From NCBI GenBank assembly GCA_964502325.1, contig CAZCWI010000002.1:1-36589 (forward strand): a stretch of 36,589 nt of DNA. The letters run 5' to 3'. The first letter of the stretch is position 1. Each line of letters begins with the position of its first letter. Positions 7,984 through 17,539 of this stretch are shown here, one piece after another. Below the pieces are notes generated by a model. That model ran no database searches, was not told the origin of the DNA, and saw only the letters and a list, made by a program, of their open reading frames with translations. This DNA comes from an uncultured Candidatus Nitrosotenuis sp. GTDB taxonomy: Archaea > Thermoproteota > Nitrososphaeria > Nitrososphaerales > Nitrosopumilaceae. Both the position numbers and the translations under genes were made by a program.

Positions 7984-8382
7984 ATGCCGAAAAAAATCCT
8001 CTTCGTATGTGTGGAAAACGCCGGCCGAAGCCAGATGGCAGAGGGTTTTTTCCGAAAATATGCGCCTAGCGGATACGAGCCACAAAGTGCGGGCACAAAA
8101 CCAATTGGCACGATAAATCCGCTTGCAATAGAGGTTATGAAGGAAGTTGGGATTGACATTTCCAGCCAGCAGCCAAAGATAATCTCCGATTCCATGATCC
8201 AGCAGTCATCTAGAATAGTAAACATGGGGTGCATGGACAAAGAATCATGTCCTGCCGTATTTGTTCAAAATGTTTTGGACTGGGCAATTCCGGACCCGAA
8301 AGGAAAACCGCTTGATGACGTGCGAAAGATTAGAGATATGATAGAGATAATGGTGCTAGAGTTTTGCAAAACGCTGGCATGA
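7984..8382 (+). CDS. arsC: Arsenate reductase (LMW-PTP fold)
   Basis: CVENAGRSQMAE P-loop, SAGT, MGCMDKESCP, DWAIPDP; ATG 7984 preferred over GTG 7975. Confidence 0.9.
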   Translation: MPKKILFVCVENAGRSQMAEGFFRKYAPSGYEPQSAGTKPIGTINPLAIEVMKEVGIDISSQQPKIISDSMIQQSSRIVNMGCMDKESCPAVFVQNVLDWAIPDPKGKPLDDVRKIRDMIEIMVLEFCKTLA

Positions 8383-9047
8383 GGAAATTAAATGTAAATC
8401 AAAAGATCTTTTTTGCCGAACTTGTTGGAACTTTTGTAGTTGTAGTTTGCGCCACAGGATCTGTTGTTCTTAATGCAAAGTATGCAGGTGCAATAGGTCT
8501 TTGGTTTGAAGCCTTTGCACCTTTCATCGGCGTGGCCTTGATGGTTTATGCCTTTGGCAAGACGTCAATGGCTCACTTTAACCCTGCAGTAACCGTCTCG
8601 TATTTTATTTCAAAATATATCACAAAAAAACAACTGTTGATTTATTTTGCAGCGGAAGCGATTGGCGCCATTTTAGCAACACTGTTTGTAAAAAACGTGA
8701 TTGGCACTGAAGGCAATCTTGGAGTAAATGCGCCAAATCATTCCTTTCCAATATGGATGATCTTTGGGGTGGAGTCTTTGGCAAGTTTTCTTTTGATGGC
8801 CGTGATCATGTGCGTTGTTCACACCAAGGGTCTTAGAGGATTTAGTGGAGTGGCAATCGGTGGCATAATCGGACTTGACATTTTCTTTTTTGCATTTATT
8901 TCCGGCGCGTCAATGAATCCAATACGCTCCCTTGCACCTGCACTGTTCTCAGGAATGTTTGGTGATTTGTGGCTATATTGGAGTGCGACATTTGTGGGCA
9001 CAGCACTTGTCGGTTTTATCTATAGGCGGAAATTTGTTAATCGGTAA
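8379..9047 (+). CDS. MIP/aquaporin family channel (probable arsenite efflux)
   Basis: AHFNPAVT and SGASMNPIRS motifs; ATGA overlap with the arsC stop at 8379-8382. Confidence 0.88.
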   Translation: MRKLNVNQKIFFAELVGTFVVVVCATGSVVLNAKYAGAIGLWFEAFAPFIGVALMVYAFGKTSMAHFNPAVTVSYFISKYITKKQLLIYFAAEAIGAILATLFVKNVIGTEGNLGVNAPNHSFPIWMIFGVESLASFLLMAVIMCVVHTKGLRGFSGVAIGGIIGLDIFFFAFISGASMNPIRSLAPALFSGMFGDLWLYWSATFVGTALVGFIYRRKFVNR

Positions 9048-9205
9048 GATTCTAAGATTTATGCTACAAAAAAGGCGCTTATCTTTATATCGATGACAAA
9101 AACTCAAAGTATCAAATCAATGCAACCAAAAAATAATTTGTCTGTCATGCATGTTGTATCTGTTACGGCATTAGTCATCCACTGTTAATTCTGGGCTGAT
9201 CAAAA

Positions 9206-10267
9206 ATGGGCATTATCGAGCTAATTCAATCTAATCTGCTAACTCCCGTGGTACTATTTTTTATTTTTGGAATTGTCGCAGCAAGAATCAAGTCCGATCT
9301 AAAAATTCCAGAAGCGATATCTGAATTTTTGCCAATATACTTGCTAGCTGCCATAGGGCTTCACGGCGGAATAGAGATGAGGACAACAGGATTTGAGAGC
9401 ATGCTGATCCCAATGCTGGTGGCAATAGCCCTGTCTCTTGTCATGACCCTGAACCACTATCAAATACTGCGCAGGCTTGGCAAATTCAACATTTTTGATT
9501 CTTATGCGCTGGCATCCACATATGGGGCTGTGGGTGCGGTGACCTTCTCAGTAGGACTGTCGTTTTTAAAAAATCAGGGAGTCACATCAGAAGGGTTCCT
9601 TGCTGCCATACTTGCAGTGTTAGAGCCAGTAAGCTTCGTTTTGGCGATATTTCTTACCAATATGTCGGTATCAAAGATGGTGCAAAAGAAAAAACAGGCA
9701 TTGCAAAAAGACTTGGGAAGCACTCAAAACGATAACCGGTATGACGAACTTGAAACCGACATAAAGCAAAACAAGTCATTTTATCATGTTTTACGCGAGT
9801 CAATCACTGGAAAAGCAATTGTGATTTTGCTTGGAAGCATAATGATTGGCTATGTTATTGGAAAGGAAGGATTTCAACCAATAAAACTACTCTTTGAGGA
9901 TCTTTTTGCTGGAGCCATTGTGATATTCCTAATAGAGATGGGAATAATTGCAGGAAAAAGGCTTGATGATATCAAAAATGTTGGACCTTTTCTGGTGGGA
10001 TTTTCAATTGTTATTCCTACCATAAACGGAATCATCGGCGTAACGGTGTCTACTTTTCTTGGGCTGAGTTTGGGCGGCTCTGTCATGTTTGGATTATTGC
10101 TTGCTAGTGCGTCATTTATTGCAGCCCCTGCAGTTCTTAGAACAGCTATACCTCAGGCAAAGCCGAGCTTGTATGTCACATCTGCGCTTGGCATAACGTT
10201 TCCATACAACATAATCGTAATGCTGCCTGTCATGTTTACAATTTCTTCATACCTACATAATTTGTAG
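9206..10267 (+). CDS. sbtA: Sodium-dependent bicarbonate transporter family permease (SbtA-like)
   Basis: KSDLKIPEAI, YLLAAIGLHGG, ASASFIAAPA and GITFPYNI motifs; about 10 TM in two halves; followed by a PII-like gene. Confidence 0.85.
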   Translation: MGIIELIQSNLLTPVVLFFIFGIVAARIKSDLKIPEAISEFLPIYLLAAIGLHGGIEMRTTGFESMLIPMLVAIALSLVMTLNHYQILRRLGKFNIFDSYALASTYGAVGAVTFSVGLSFLKNQGVTSEGFLAAILAVLEPVSFVLAIFLTNMSVSKMVQKKKQALQKDLGSTQNDNRYDELETDIKQNKSFYHVLRESITGKAIVILLGSIMIGYVIGKEGFQPIKLLFEDLFAGAIVIFLIEMGIIAGKRLDDIKNVGPFLVGFSIVIPTINGIIGVTVSTFLGLSLGGSVMFGLLLASASFIAAPAVLRTAIPQAKPSLYVTSALGITFPYNIIVMLPVMFTISSYLHNL

Positions 10268-10306
10268 AATCGATAAGCTTATTCGCACAAATTCTTGGTG
10301 ATATGT

Positions 10307-10609
10307 ATGAAGTTGTACGAAATCAAACTGCTCACAATTACTTGCGAGACTCTTGCACAAAGAAACGTCTTTGACATTCTTGCAAAGCATCAAGTTTCTG
10401 GCTATACTTTTTATGAGGTGGAAGGCAGCGGCTCAAAAAACCTACATGGTAAAGGAATAACCGAAAAAAATGTAAAAATCGAAGTACTCTTGAGCAAAGA
10501 TAAACTTGAAAGTATCGTAGAAGAGATAATGAGAACCATGTTTTCTGACTTTGCGATAATTCTGTATGTCGGAGATGCCAAAGTAATCCGTTCAGAAAAA
10601 TTTGCCTGA
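10307..10609 (+). CDS. sbtB: PII-like protein (SbtB-like)
   Basis: SGYTFYEVEGSG, NVKIEVL, C-terminal VIRSEKF; GGTGA RBS upstream. Confidence 0.82.
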   Translation: MKLYEIKLLTITCETLAQRNVFDILAKHQVSGYTFYEVEGSGSKNLHGKGITEKNVKIEVLLSKDKLESIVEEIMRTMFSDFAIILYVGDAKVIRSEKFA

Positions 10610-10653
10610 CTCTAAGTATTTCTATAAATTACTAATTGGTCAATTCTCATAAC

Positions 10654-11211
10654 ATGGAACGATGCGAGTGGGCAAAAGACGATCTGATGATTCCATACCA
10701 CGATAGCGAATGGGGCATTCCGGTGCACGATGATCAAAAACTCTTTGAAATGCTAATCCTTGAGGGGGCGCAGGCAGGACTGTCATGGTCTACCATACTA
10801 AAAAGAAGGCAAACGTATCGCAAAGCGTTTTCCAATTTTGATCCGCTCAAGGTTTCAAAATACACGCAAAAGGATGTAGACAGACTACTCAAAGATGAAG
10901 GAATCATCAGAAACAGGCTGAAAGTTCAGTCTGCAATAAACAATGCAAAACAATTTCTTACAATCCAAAAGGAATTTGGCTCATTTGATGCGTACATTTG
11001 GGGTTTTGTCAACAACAAGCCAATTAAAAACAACTACAAAAAATTACACAACATTCCTCCATCCACAGTCTTGTCTGATAAAATCAGCAAAGATCTCAAG
11101 AAAAGAGGATTCAACTTTGTTGGCTCGACAATCTGTTATGCGTTTATGCAGGCAGTCGGAATCACAAATGATCACACCACAAGCTGCTTTAGGTATAAAT
11201 CCAAAAATTAG
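10654..11211 (+). CDS. tag: DNA-3-methyladenine glycosylase I
   Basis: RCEWA, YHDSEWG, LEGAQAGLSW, IIRNRLK, FMQAVG, NDHTTSC. Confidence 0.93.
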   Translation: MERCEWAKDDLMIPYHDSEWGIPVHDDQKLFEMLILEGAQAGLSWSTILKRRQTYRKAFSNFDPLKVSKYTQKDVDRLLKDEGIIRNRLKVQSAINNAKQFLTIQKEFGSFDAYIWGFVNNKPIKNNYKKLHNIPPSTVLSDKISKDLKKRGFNFVGSTICYAFMQAVGITNDHTTSCFRYKSKN

Positions 11212-11301
11212 TTTATCCTAATGTTCTCAAATTAGCCCATTTTATCTGTGATCTCGCCGAGAAATATTGAATATTTATAACAGTTCGAGCAAAGGGTGAA
11301 T

Positions 11302-12807
11302 ATGCCAATAAGAACTGGGCAGGAATACATCCAAAGCTTAAGGGGCAGAAAACTTACAGTGTATCTTTTTGGGGAACTAGTAAAAGATCCAGTAGATCAT
11401 CCCATGATCCGTCCTTCAATTAATGCAGTTGCCGAAACATATGATCTGGCAGCAAGGGAAGAGCAACTGGCATCCCCAATGTCGAAGATTTCAGGAAAAC
11501 ATGTAAACAGATTTTTGCATATTGCAGAATCTGCACAGGACTTGGTCTTGCAAAACAAGATGCAAAGAAAACTGGGACAGCTTACAGGAACGTGTTTCCA
11601 AAGATGCGTGGGAATGGACGCGATAAACTCACTTCACTCAACCACGTTTGAAATCGATGAAAAACACAATACCACTTATCACAAAAGATTACTTGAATTT
11701 ATCAAACAAATGCAGGAAGAGAATTTTGTCATAGGCGGCGCGATGACTGATGTCAAAGGGGACAGAGGCAAGGCTCCGCACGAACAAGCAGATCCTGATC
11801 TGTTTCTTAGAATAACAAAAAGGACCAAAGACGGCGTTTATGTCAAGGGAGCAAAAGCTCACCAGACAGGCTGCATCAACTCACACTGGATAATTGTAAT
11901 GCCTACCATGAGGCTGACAGAAAAAGACAAGGACTATGCCATAGTTGGCGCAATTCCGGCAGACGCGCCAGGAATCACCTACATCTATGGACGCCAGTCG
12001 TGCGATACAAGAAGCATGGAAGAGGGAGACATTGATGCAGGAAACTCCAAATTTGCAGGACAGGAAGCCCTGATGATTCTTGACGACGTCTTCATTCCAA
12101 ATGATAAGATCTTCATGGATGGCGAGTACGAATTTGCCGCAATGCTAGTTGAGCGATTCACATGCTATCACAGAAGAAGCTACGTCTGCAAGACGGGGCT
12201 TGGCGATGTTTTGATTGGTGCATCTGCTGCAGTTTCCGATTACAACGGCATACCTGACGTTTCTCATATCAAAGACAAGCTTGTCGAGATGACGCACCTA
12301 AACGAATCTATCTATGCGGCAGGAATCGCCTCTTCGTATCAAGCACAAGAAATGAAATCAGGTGTATGGCTAAACGACGACATGCTTGCAAACGTATGCA
12401 AACACAATGTGACTAGATTCCCATATGAAATCTCTCGTCTTGCACAGGACATAGCTGGCGGACTTGTTGTCACAATGCCATCAGAACAAGACTTTAGGCA
12501 TCCCGTGGCAGGCCCACTACTCAAAAAATATCTTGCAGGAAGAAAGGGCGTAGACGTTGAAAACAGAATGCGGGTTTTACGATTAATCGAAAACATGACG
12601 CTTGGACGAAATGCAGTGGGATACCTGACCGAATCAATGCACGGTGCAGGATCTCCACAGGCACAAAGAATCCAGATTGCGCGACAAATGCAGCTTGGAT
12701 ACAAGAAAAAACTGGCAAAGAACCTTGCAAACGTCAAAGAAAACGCAGATGATACACAAGAGAACTCTGATTACTTTAAGCGAGTATTCAAAATTCCGCA
12801 AAAATAA
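11302..12807 (+). CDS. hcd: 4-hydroxybutyryl-CoA dehydratase (HP/HB cycle)
   Basis: TCFQRCVG and HRRSYVC Fe-S ligand motifs, AMTDVKGDR, HGAGSPQAQ; TTTATAA about 22-28 nt upstream. Confidence 0.95.
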   Translation: MPIRTGQEYIQSLRGRKLTVYLFGELVKDPVDHPMIRPSINAVAETYDLAAREEQLASPMSKISGKHVNRFLHIAESAQDLVLQNKMQRKLGQLTGTCFQRCVGMDAINSLHSTTFEIDEKHNTTYHKRLLEFIKQMQEENFVIGGAMTDVKGDRGKAPHEQADPDLFLRITKRTKDGVYVKGAKAHQTGCINSHWIIVMPTMRLTEKDKDYAIVGAIPADAPGITYIYGRQSCDTRSMEEGDIDAGNSKFAGQEALMILDDVFIPNDKIFMDGEYEFAAMLVERFTCYHRRSYVCKTGLGDVLIGASAAVSDYNGIPDVSHIKDKLVEMTHLNESIYAAGIASSYQAQEMKSGVWLNDDMLANVCKHNVTRFPYEISRLAQDIAGGLVVTMPSEQDFRHPVAGPLLKKYLAGRKGVDVENRMRVLRLIENMTLGRNAVGYLTESMHGAGSPQAQRIQIARQMQLGYKKKLAKNLANVKENADDTQENSDYFKRVFKIPQK

Positions 12808-12869
12808 TTCCATTTTTTAATTCTGCGCATTTCTACACTCTAAGACCTTAGGCATCTTTTATAGTCATA

Positions 12870-14021
12870 TTATTTGAATTTCCTTAATGCCCTGCTGATG
12901 TTATTTTGTATCTGCTTGTTGCCAATTTCAGGCATTATGTGATTGTAGGCAAGTTGTGTGCTGGGAACCGTATCAGCTATTGCCTTTGCAGTCGCATATA
13001 GCAAACCAAGAGTGATTTTTCTTATCTTTTTGTCCAGAATCACTCTCATTAGGTATGGAAACACAAGTGCATTGTTGATTTTGTTTTCATACGTGTAGCT
13101 TCCAGTGGCAATGATCCTTGCCCCTGATTTCTTTGCAGCCTTTGGGTCGATTTCTGGATCAGGATTTGTAAGTGCAAAAATTATTGGATCTCCGTTCATG
13201 CTTTGTATCATTTTGGGCAAAAGAAGTCCCTTGATCCCGGAAACTCCGATGAAGACATCTGCGTTTTTTATAATATCGCCAAGCGTTCCTTTTTGTTTTT
13301 TCGGGTTTGTGATTTCGGCGATTTCCTTTTTGTATTTGTTCATGTTTCCTGTTCGTCCTTTGTAAATTGCACCGTGAGAGTCTGCCACAATCAAATTGCG
13401 GCATCCTGCAAATCTTAACAGCTTGCAGATTCCATAGCCTGCAGAACCAGCTCCTACCAGTATTATTTTAGATGACAGCGGTTTTTTGACGAGCTTGAGT
13501 GAATTAAGCAAGGCTGCTAGTGCCACAACTGCAGTCCCATGCCTGTCGTCATGAAATATCGGAATTGAAAGTGTTTTTTCAAGCTCGGCAGAAATCTCTA
13601 GCACCTTTGGAGACTCGATGTCTTCAAGGTTTATTGCGCCAAAAGCTGGCTCTATTGCTTTAATCGTACTTGTGATTTGGTCTTTGTCTGTCGTATTTAG
13701 GCAAATGGGAAACGCGTTTACGTTGCCGAATTTTTTGTACAGCATGGCCTTTCCCTCCATCACCGGAAGCGCAGCATAAGGGCCGATGTTTCCCAAGCCA
13801 AGAATTCTTGTTCCGTCAGTCACTATTGCAACGTTATTGCCTTTTGAAGTAAGGTTGTATTTTTCATAAGGGTTTTTGTAAATTGCCTTGCAGACAAAAG
13901 CGACACCTGGCGTGTAAACCAGCTTGATATCGCCTTGTCTTAGGTTGCGGATTTTACTCTCAATTGTTATCTTGCCTTTTAGTCTTCTGTGAAGCGCCAT
14001 CGCTTTTTTCGCAGTGGTCAT
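12870..14021 (-). CDS. NAD(P)-dependent malic enzyme
   Basis: YTPGVA, DGTRILGLGNIG, PVMEGK, INLEDI, FHDD, GAGSAG, ALTNPDPEI; likely start ATG 14021. Confidence 0.92.
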   Translation of the reverse strand: MTTAKKAMALHRRLKGKITIESKIRNLRQGDIKLVYTPGVAFVCKAIYKNPYEKYNLTSKGNNVAIVTDGTRILGLGNIGPYAALPVMEGKAMLYKKFGNVNAFPICLNTTDKDQITSTIKAIEPAFGAINLEDIESPKVLEISAELEKTLSIPIFHDDRHGTAVVALAALLNSLKLVKKPLSSKIILVGAGSAGYGICKLLRFAGCRNLIVADSHGAIYKGRTGNMNKYKKEIAEITNPKKQKGTLGDIIKNADVFIGVSGIKGLLLPKMIQSMNGDPIIFALTNPDPEIDPKAAKKSGARIIATGSYTYENKINNALVFPYLMRVILDKKIRKITLGLLYATAKAIADTVPSTQLAYNHIMPEIGNKQIQNNISRALRKFK

Positions 14022-14082
14022 AATTGAGACTGTTATAGAGTCTTGTGTATGCTTTAATGTTTTATGATTTTGGAATGCTGCT

Positions 14083-14787
14083 TTAGGTTTTATTCTCGTC
14101 GTTTTGATCCTTGTCATCCCTGTTTGAATCCCCTATGGAATCAATACGTTCTGTGTCATGCGATTTTGCGGATTCTTCTTTTGGTAAATCCAAGGCAGAG
14201 TCACTGTATTCTGTGTCATGCGATTTTGTAAATTCTTCACTTGTGGCAGATTCTGCCTGGGTAGTGTCAAACTTGGGCGATTCTTTTTTGTCCTTTTTGT
14301 AATACTGCTTTACGATCATTATGCCTACTATTACTGCAATTATGATGTAATTGATTGGAGGTGTCAGGACCCTCGTTATGTATCCTAGTTGCGGTACGAC
14401 ATAGACTACCTTGCCGATGTATTCCTCCTCGGTTAACGGATAGTCGGTTCCGGGAATCGAACTCGGATTTGCATCGCCCTTTGTCCGAATCGTCTTGGGA
14501 TTATCATCCAAAATATCTGCGACACGGTGAACAATCACCCTGTCGTGCCCATTTGGCCTGTTAAACACAATGATGTCGCCTACTTGGATGTCTGCAAACG
14601 GCACATGCCCTTGAACAACTAGCACATCGTAAACCTCCAAGACTGGAATCATGCTTCCGCTGGACACAACGTAGAACGGATTCTGTGTTCCAAACGCTAA
14701 CTGGAGTCCAAACCAAATTGCGGCAACTCCAACTGCGACTATGATAACGTCCTTTACGATTGTCTTTACGGTGGAACTTGAAGCCAT
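14083..14787 (-). CDS. sec11: Signal peptidase I (Sec11-type)
   Basis: VVSSGSMIP (Ser), IVHRV (His), TKGDAN; acidic disordered C-terminal tail. Confidence 0.92.
   Translation of the reverse strand: MASSSTVKTIVKDVIIVAVGVAAIWFGLQLAFGTQNPFYVVSSGSMIPVLEVYDVLVVQGHVPFADIQVGDIIVFNRPNGHDRVIVHRVADILDDNPKTIRTKGDANPSSIPGTDYPLTEEEYIGKVVYVVPQLGYITRVLTPPINYIIIAVIVGIMIVKQYYKKDKKESPKFDTTQAESATSEEFTKSHDTEYSDSALDLPKEESAKSHDTERIDSIGDSNRDDKDQNDENKT
14149..14228. repeat. 20-bp direct repeat at 60-bp spacing (encodes KSHDTE twice)
   Basis: TTCTGTGTCATGCGATTTTG at 14149-14168 and 14209-14228. Confidence 0.85.
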
Positions 14788-14788
14788 G

Positions 14789-15529
14789 TTACAGTTTGCT
14801 TCCGCAACTTTCGCAAAACTTGGAGCCTGCCTTGTTTTCAAAATTGCAGCCTGTGCACTTCAACGTAGATGATGCTTCCGACTGGGTTCCGTCCCCTAAC
14901 AGGATTATCTCGCCAATCTTTTTGATCTTGCCCCACTCGATGGTTTCGTCAGAGCCATTGTTTTTTGTCACAATCAAGACTACTTGATGCGACGAGTTCA
15001 CTCCTACTTGTTTTGCAACTCCTACTTTTTTTGCATTAGAGTCATAGACTGTCATTCCTACTATTGAGCTAAACGAGTTCTGTGGATCGGATGGCGAGGA
15101 AAACGTTTGGGTTTCTGACTGTGTAAGCGGTTGAATGGTTGATTCTGAAGCGGCTGGCTGGTCAAATGATGGGGAAATTGGTTTTGCAAGACCTACGTCT
15201 GCCTGCTGGTTTTGTTTTTGAAACTCCCTGTACTCTGCTATGGTGGAACCGCAAGTGGTGCACATGTACTGTCCCCGCTCTAGCAGAATCAGGTTTTGCG
15301 CGACTTCCTCGTTTGGACTTTCATATTCTATTTTTGGACTCCCTTCGTAATCTTTCTCACATGTATTGCAGTAGTATTTTGAAATCTTTTCCTGATCCAG
15401 TCTTCCAATCGGGGCTAAAAACAGATCAGGCCCTCCCAAGTTGCCCTTTCTTTGCTGTTCGTCTGAAACCTGGGCCATGACAAATCCGCCTGACCCTCTA
15501 AGCTTTTTCAAACGCAGCTCTGAGCTCAT
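14789..15529 (-). CDS. Zn-binding + PRC-barrel + C-terminal zinc-ribbon protein
   Basis: CNTC/CTTC pair, IVGMTVYDSNAKKVG PRC signature, C-terminal CTGC...KFCESCG. Confidence 0.8.
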   Translation of the reverse strand: MSSELRLKKLRGSGGFVMAQVSDEQQRKGNLGGPDLFLAPIGRLDQEKISKYYCNTCEKDYEGSPKIEYESPNEEVAQNLILLERGQYMCTTCGSTIAEYREFQKQNQQADVGLAKPISPSFDQPAASESTIQPLTQSETQTFSSPSDPQNSFSSIVGMTVYDSNAKKVGVAKQVGVNSSHQVVLIVTKNNGSDETIEWGKIKKIGEIILLGDGTQSEASSTLKCTGCNFENKAGSKFCESCGSKL

Positions 15530-15630
15530 ATTTTAAAAAATAGTCAGAGGACATTTAAGTATATGTTGATTTGCCACGATCTCCTCCTTAACATATTTAG
15601 ATACGTTTGACTAGAACGATTTTGATAAAG

Positions 15631-15963
15631 ATGGCTTTAGCACACATAACAAACGCAAAGGACTGGCAAACGCAAGTAGTGGATTCCCCAAACCCAGTAT
15701 TCGTAGATTTCTGGGCAGAATGGTGTGGTCCGTGCAGAATGGTCGGTCCTGTAGTAGAAGAGCTTGCCAAAGATTACGAAGGCAAAGTAAACTTTGTCAA
15801 AGTAAATGTCGATGAGGCAAACGAACTGGCCGCAAAATACAACATCTTTAGCATTCCAACTCTAATGCTTGTACACAAGGGTCAGGTCTTGGCTCAACAG
15901 GTTGGTGCAGCATCAAAGGAATCCTACAAGGGTATGATTGACAGAGCGCTCTCTAAAACCTAA
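15631..15963 (+). CDS. trxA: Thioredoxin
   Basis: DFWAEWCGPC, SIPTL. Confidence 0.95.
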   Translation: MALAHITNAKDWQTQVVDSPNPVFVDFWAEWCGPCRMVGPVVEELAKDYEGKVNFVKVNVDEANELAAKYNIFSIPTLMLVHKGQVLAQQVGAASKESYKGMIDRALSKT

Positions 15964-16012
15964 TCCTCTTTTTATCCTAAAGTAATTAATAAGCGTCTAG
16001 CAAATTTGTGAC

Positions 16013-16528
16013 ATGTCACTTGGTGAGGTAGACACACTAAACCTTTTAGCAGAAAAATTAGATAATTTATTCAAGGACTCGCAGGGGTACTACGAGTCAT
16101 TTTTGGACGCAAATACCATGTACAAGCATGGAAAGCTATCCGATAAGGAATTTTTTGAAAAGATGGGCGACTATATCGTCGCATATTCTGCACTAGAATT
16201 TTTGGCAGTAAAAGTGCTCTTTGAAATGAAAAAGGCAATAGACAAAGTTGGCGCAGGAAACCTTGGTACGACCCAATCCCCGGGGCTGATGCCCGGCATG
16301 GGTGGCGGAATGATGCCTGGCATGGGACGAGTACCGGTTATGCCTGCTCAGACACCTGGACGACCGCCGTCAATTGTTTCTGCAGGCGAGGCGTTTTCTT
16401 CGCCAGGAACTCTGCCTTCACCAGATCCTTCAATGATGCCACGATCCTCCCAGTCTGGATGCAGGTCATGTGGCGCAGATCTTAGAGTGGGTGCGAAATT
16501 TTGCACCAAGTGCGGAACAAAAACTTAG
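16013..16528 (+). CDS. Hypothetical protein with Met/Gly/Pro linker and C-terminal zinc ribbon
   Basis: Helical N-domain, MPGMG twice, CRSC...KFCTKCG. Confidence 0.8.
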   Translation: MSLGEVDTLNLLAEKLDNLFKDSQGYYESFLDANTMYKHGKLSDKEFFEKMGDYIVAYSALEFLAVKVLFEMKKAIDKVGAGNLGTTQSPGLMPGMGGGMMPGMGRVPVMPAQTPGRPPSIVSAGEAFSSPGTLPSPDPSMMPRSSQSGCRSCGADLRVGAKFCTKCGTKT

Positions 16529-16666
16529 GTTGCCAATGTCCTACTGGCGGACTGTGTGCCAGTTTTGACGATGAACGTAATGTATGTTAATACGATTCTC
16601 CCCAATCTGAAATAATTTCAATTTTGATTGGCTTTTCTATCAAATAATAAATACTATTAACGCGTA

Positions 16667-17536
16667 ATGTTGAAGGGGATTTCTATAGAGTTTGAATTTT
16701 CAAATGAATCTATAACCGAACCGATCGAAATTAGGATGATCAGGCCCTCCAAATTTCCAGTAAGGTATGCGGATCAAAAAAACTCGCCTGAATTTGAAAG
16801 CCTAAAAAACAGTCTAAAGGAACATGGGATGCTTCAACCAATCATAGTTAGGCCATTAGAGCGGGGCTTTGAGATTGTTGCTGGCCATAGGAGATTTTTT
16901 GCATGCAAGTCTCTTCGATGGCGATTCATTCCTTGCAAGATATATGATTTGTCAGACCAAAGAGCATACGAAATTCAGCTTAGTGAAAACATTCAAAGAA
17001 AATCGATGGATCCAATAGAGGAGGCAGAGGCATACCAAAAATACGTAATGCGGTACGGTTGGGGCGGAACAAGCCAGCTTGCCAAAAGAATCGGAAAAAG
17101 CGAAGAATATGTCTCTCATAGAATGCAACTCCTAAAACTTTCAGACTTTATAAAAGAAAAAGTAGCATCCAATTCCCTAAGCGTTAGCCAAGCCATTGAG
17201 ATAACGACCATTGACCATCCAACAAAGGAAGAATTTGTAGATGAAATAGTGAACAACAAACTTACCGTCAGGCAAATTAGGCAGATGAAACAACAATTCC
17301 AATCAGAAGAAAAAACACTCCCTGCGTCAAAGACATCCAAATCGCTTAGGATTGTAAAACGGGCGAATCTGGCTCTCAAAATAACGCTGTCTCGATTAGA
17401 TGATCTAATTGAGGATGCGCACAAACTGCCTCAGAAAGATAGAATAGATCTGATAAAATTTCTAATGGAGATCAGGCAAAATACTCATACATTGATCGAT
17501 GAAACCCTCAAACAAAAAAAACTATATTCGAACTAG
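16667..17536 (+). CDS. ParB/Spo0J-like protein (orphan)
   Basis: GMLQPIIVR, IVAGHRRFFA, ENIQRKSMDPIEEA, HTH LAKRIGKSEEYVS. Confidence 0.88.
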   Translation: MLKGISIEFEFSNESITEPIEIRMIRPSKFPVRYADQKNSPEFESLKNSLKEHGMLQPIIVRPLERGFEIVAGHRRFFACKSLRWRFIPCKIYDLSDQRAYEIQLSENIQRKSMDPIEEAEAYQKYVMRYGWGGTSQLAKRIGKSEEYVSHRMQLLKLSDFIKEKVASNSLSVSQAIEITTIDHPTKEEFVDEIVNNKLTVRQIRQMKQQFQSEEKTLPASKTSKSLRIVKRANLALKITLSRLDDLIEDAHKLPQKDRIDLIKFLMEIRQNTHTLIDETLKQKKLYSN

Positions 17537-17539
17537 ATC

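Noticed and set aside
9093-9188. 31-codon ORF upstream of sbtA as a possible leader peptide
   Set aside because: No motif, and the nearest TATA-like element is too close to the ATG.
14149-14228. CRISPR-like repeat-spacer pattern
   Set aside because: Only two copies, in frame within a CDS, and no cas genes.
16287-16326. 16-bp near-repeat at 24-bp spacing
   Set aside because: Explained by the MPGMG low-complexity protein linker.
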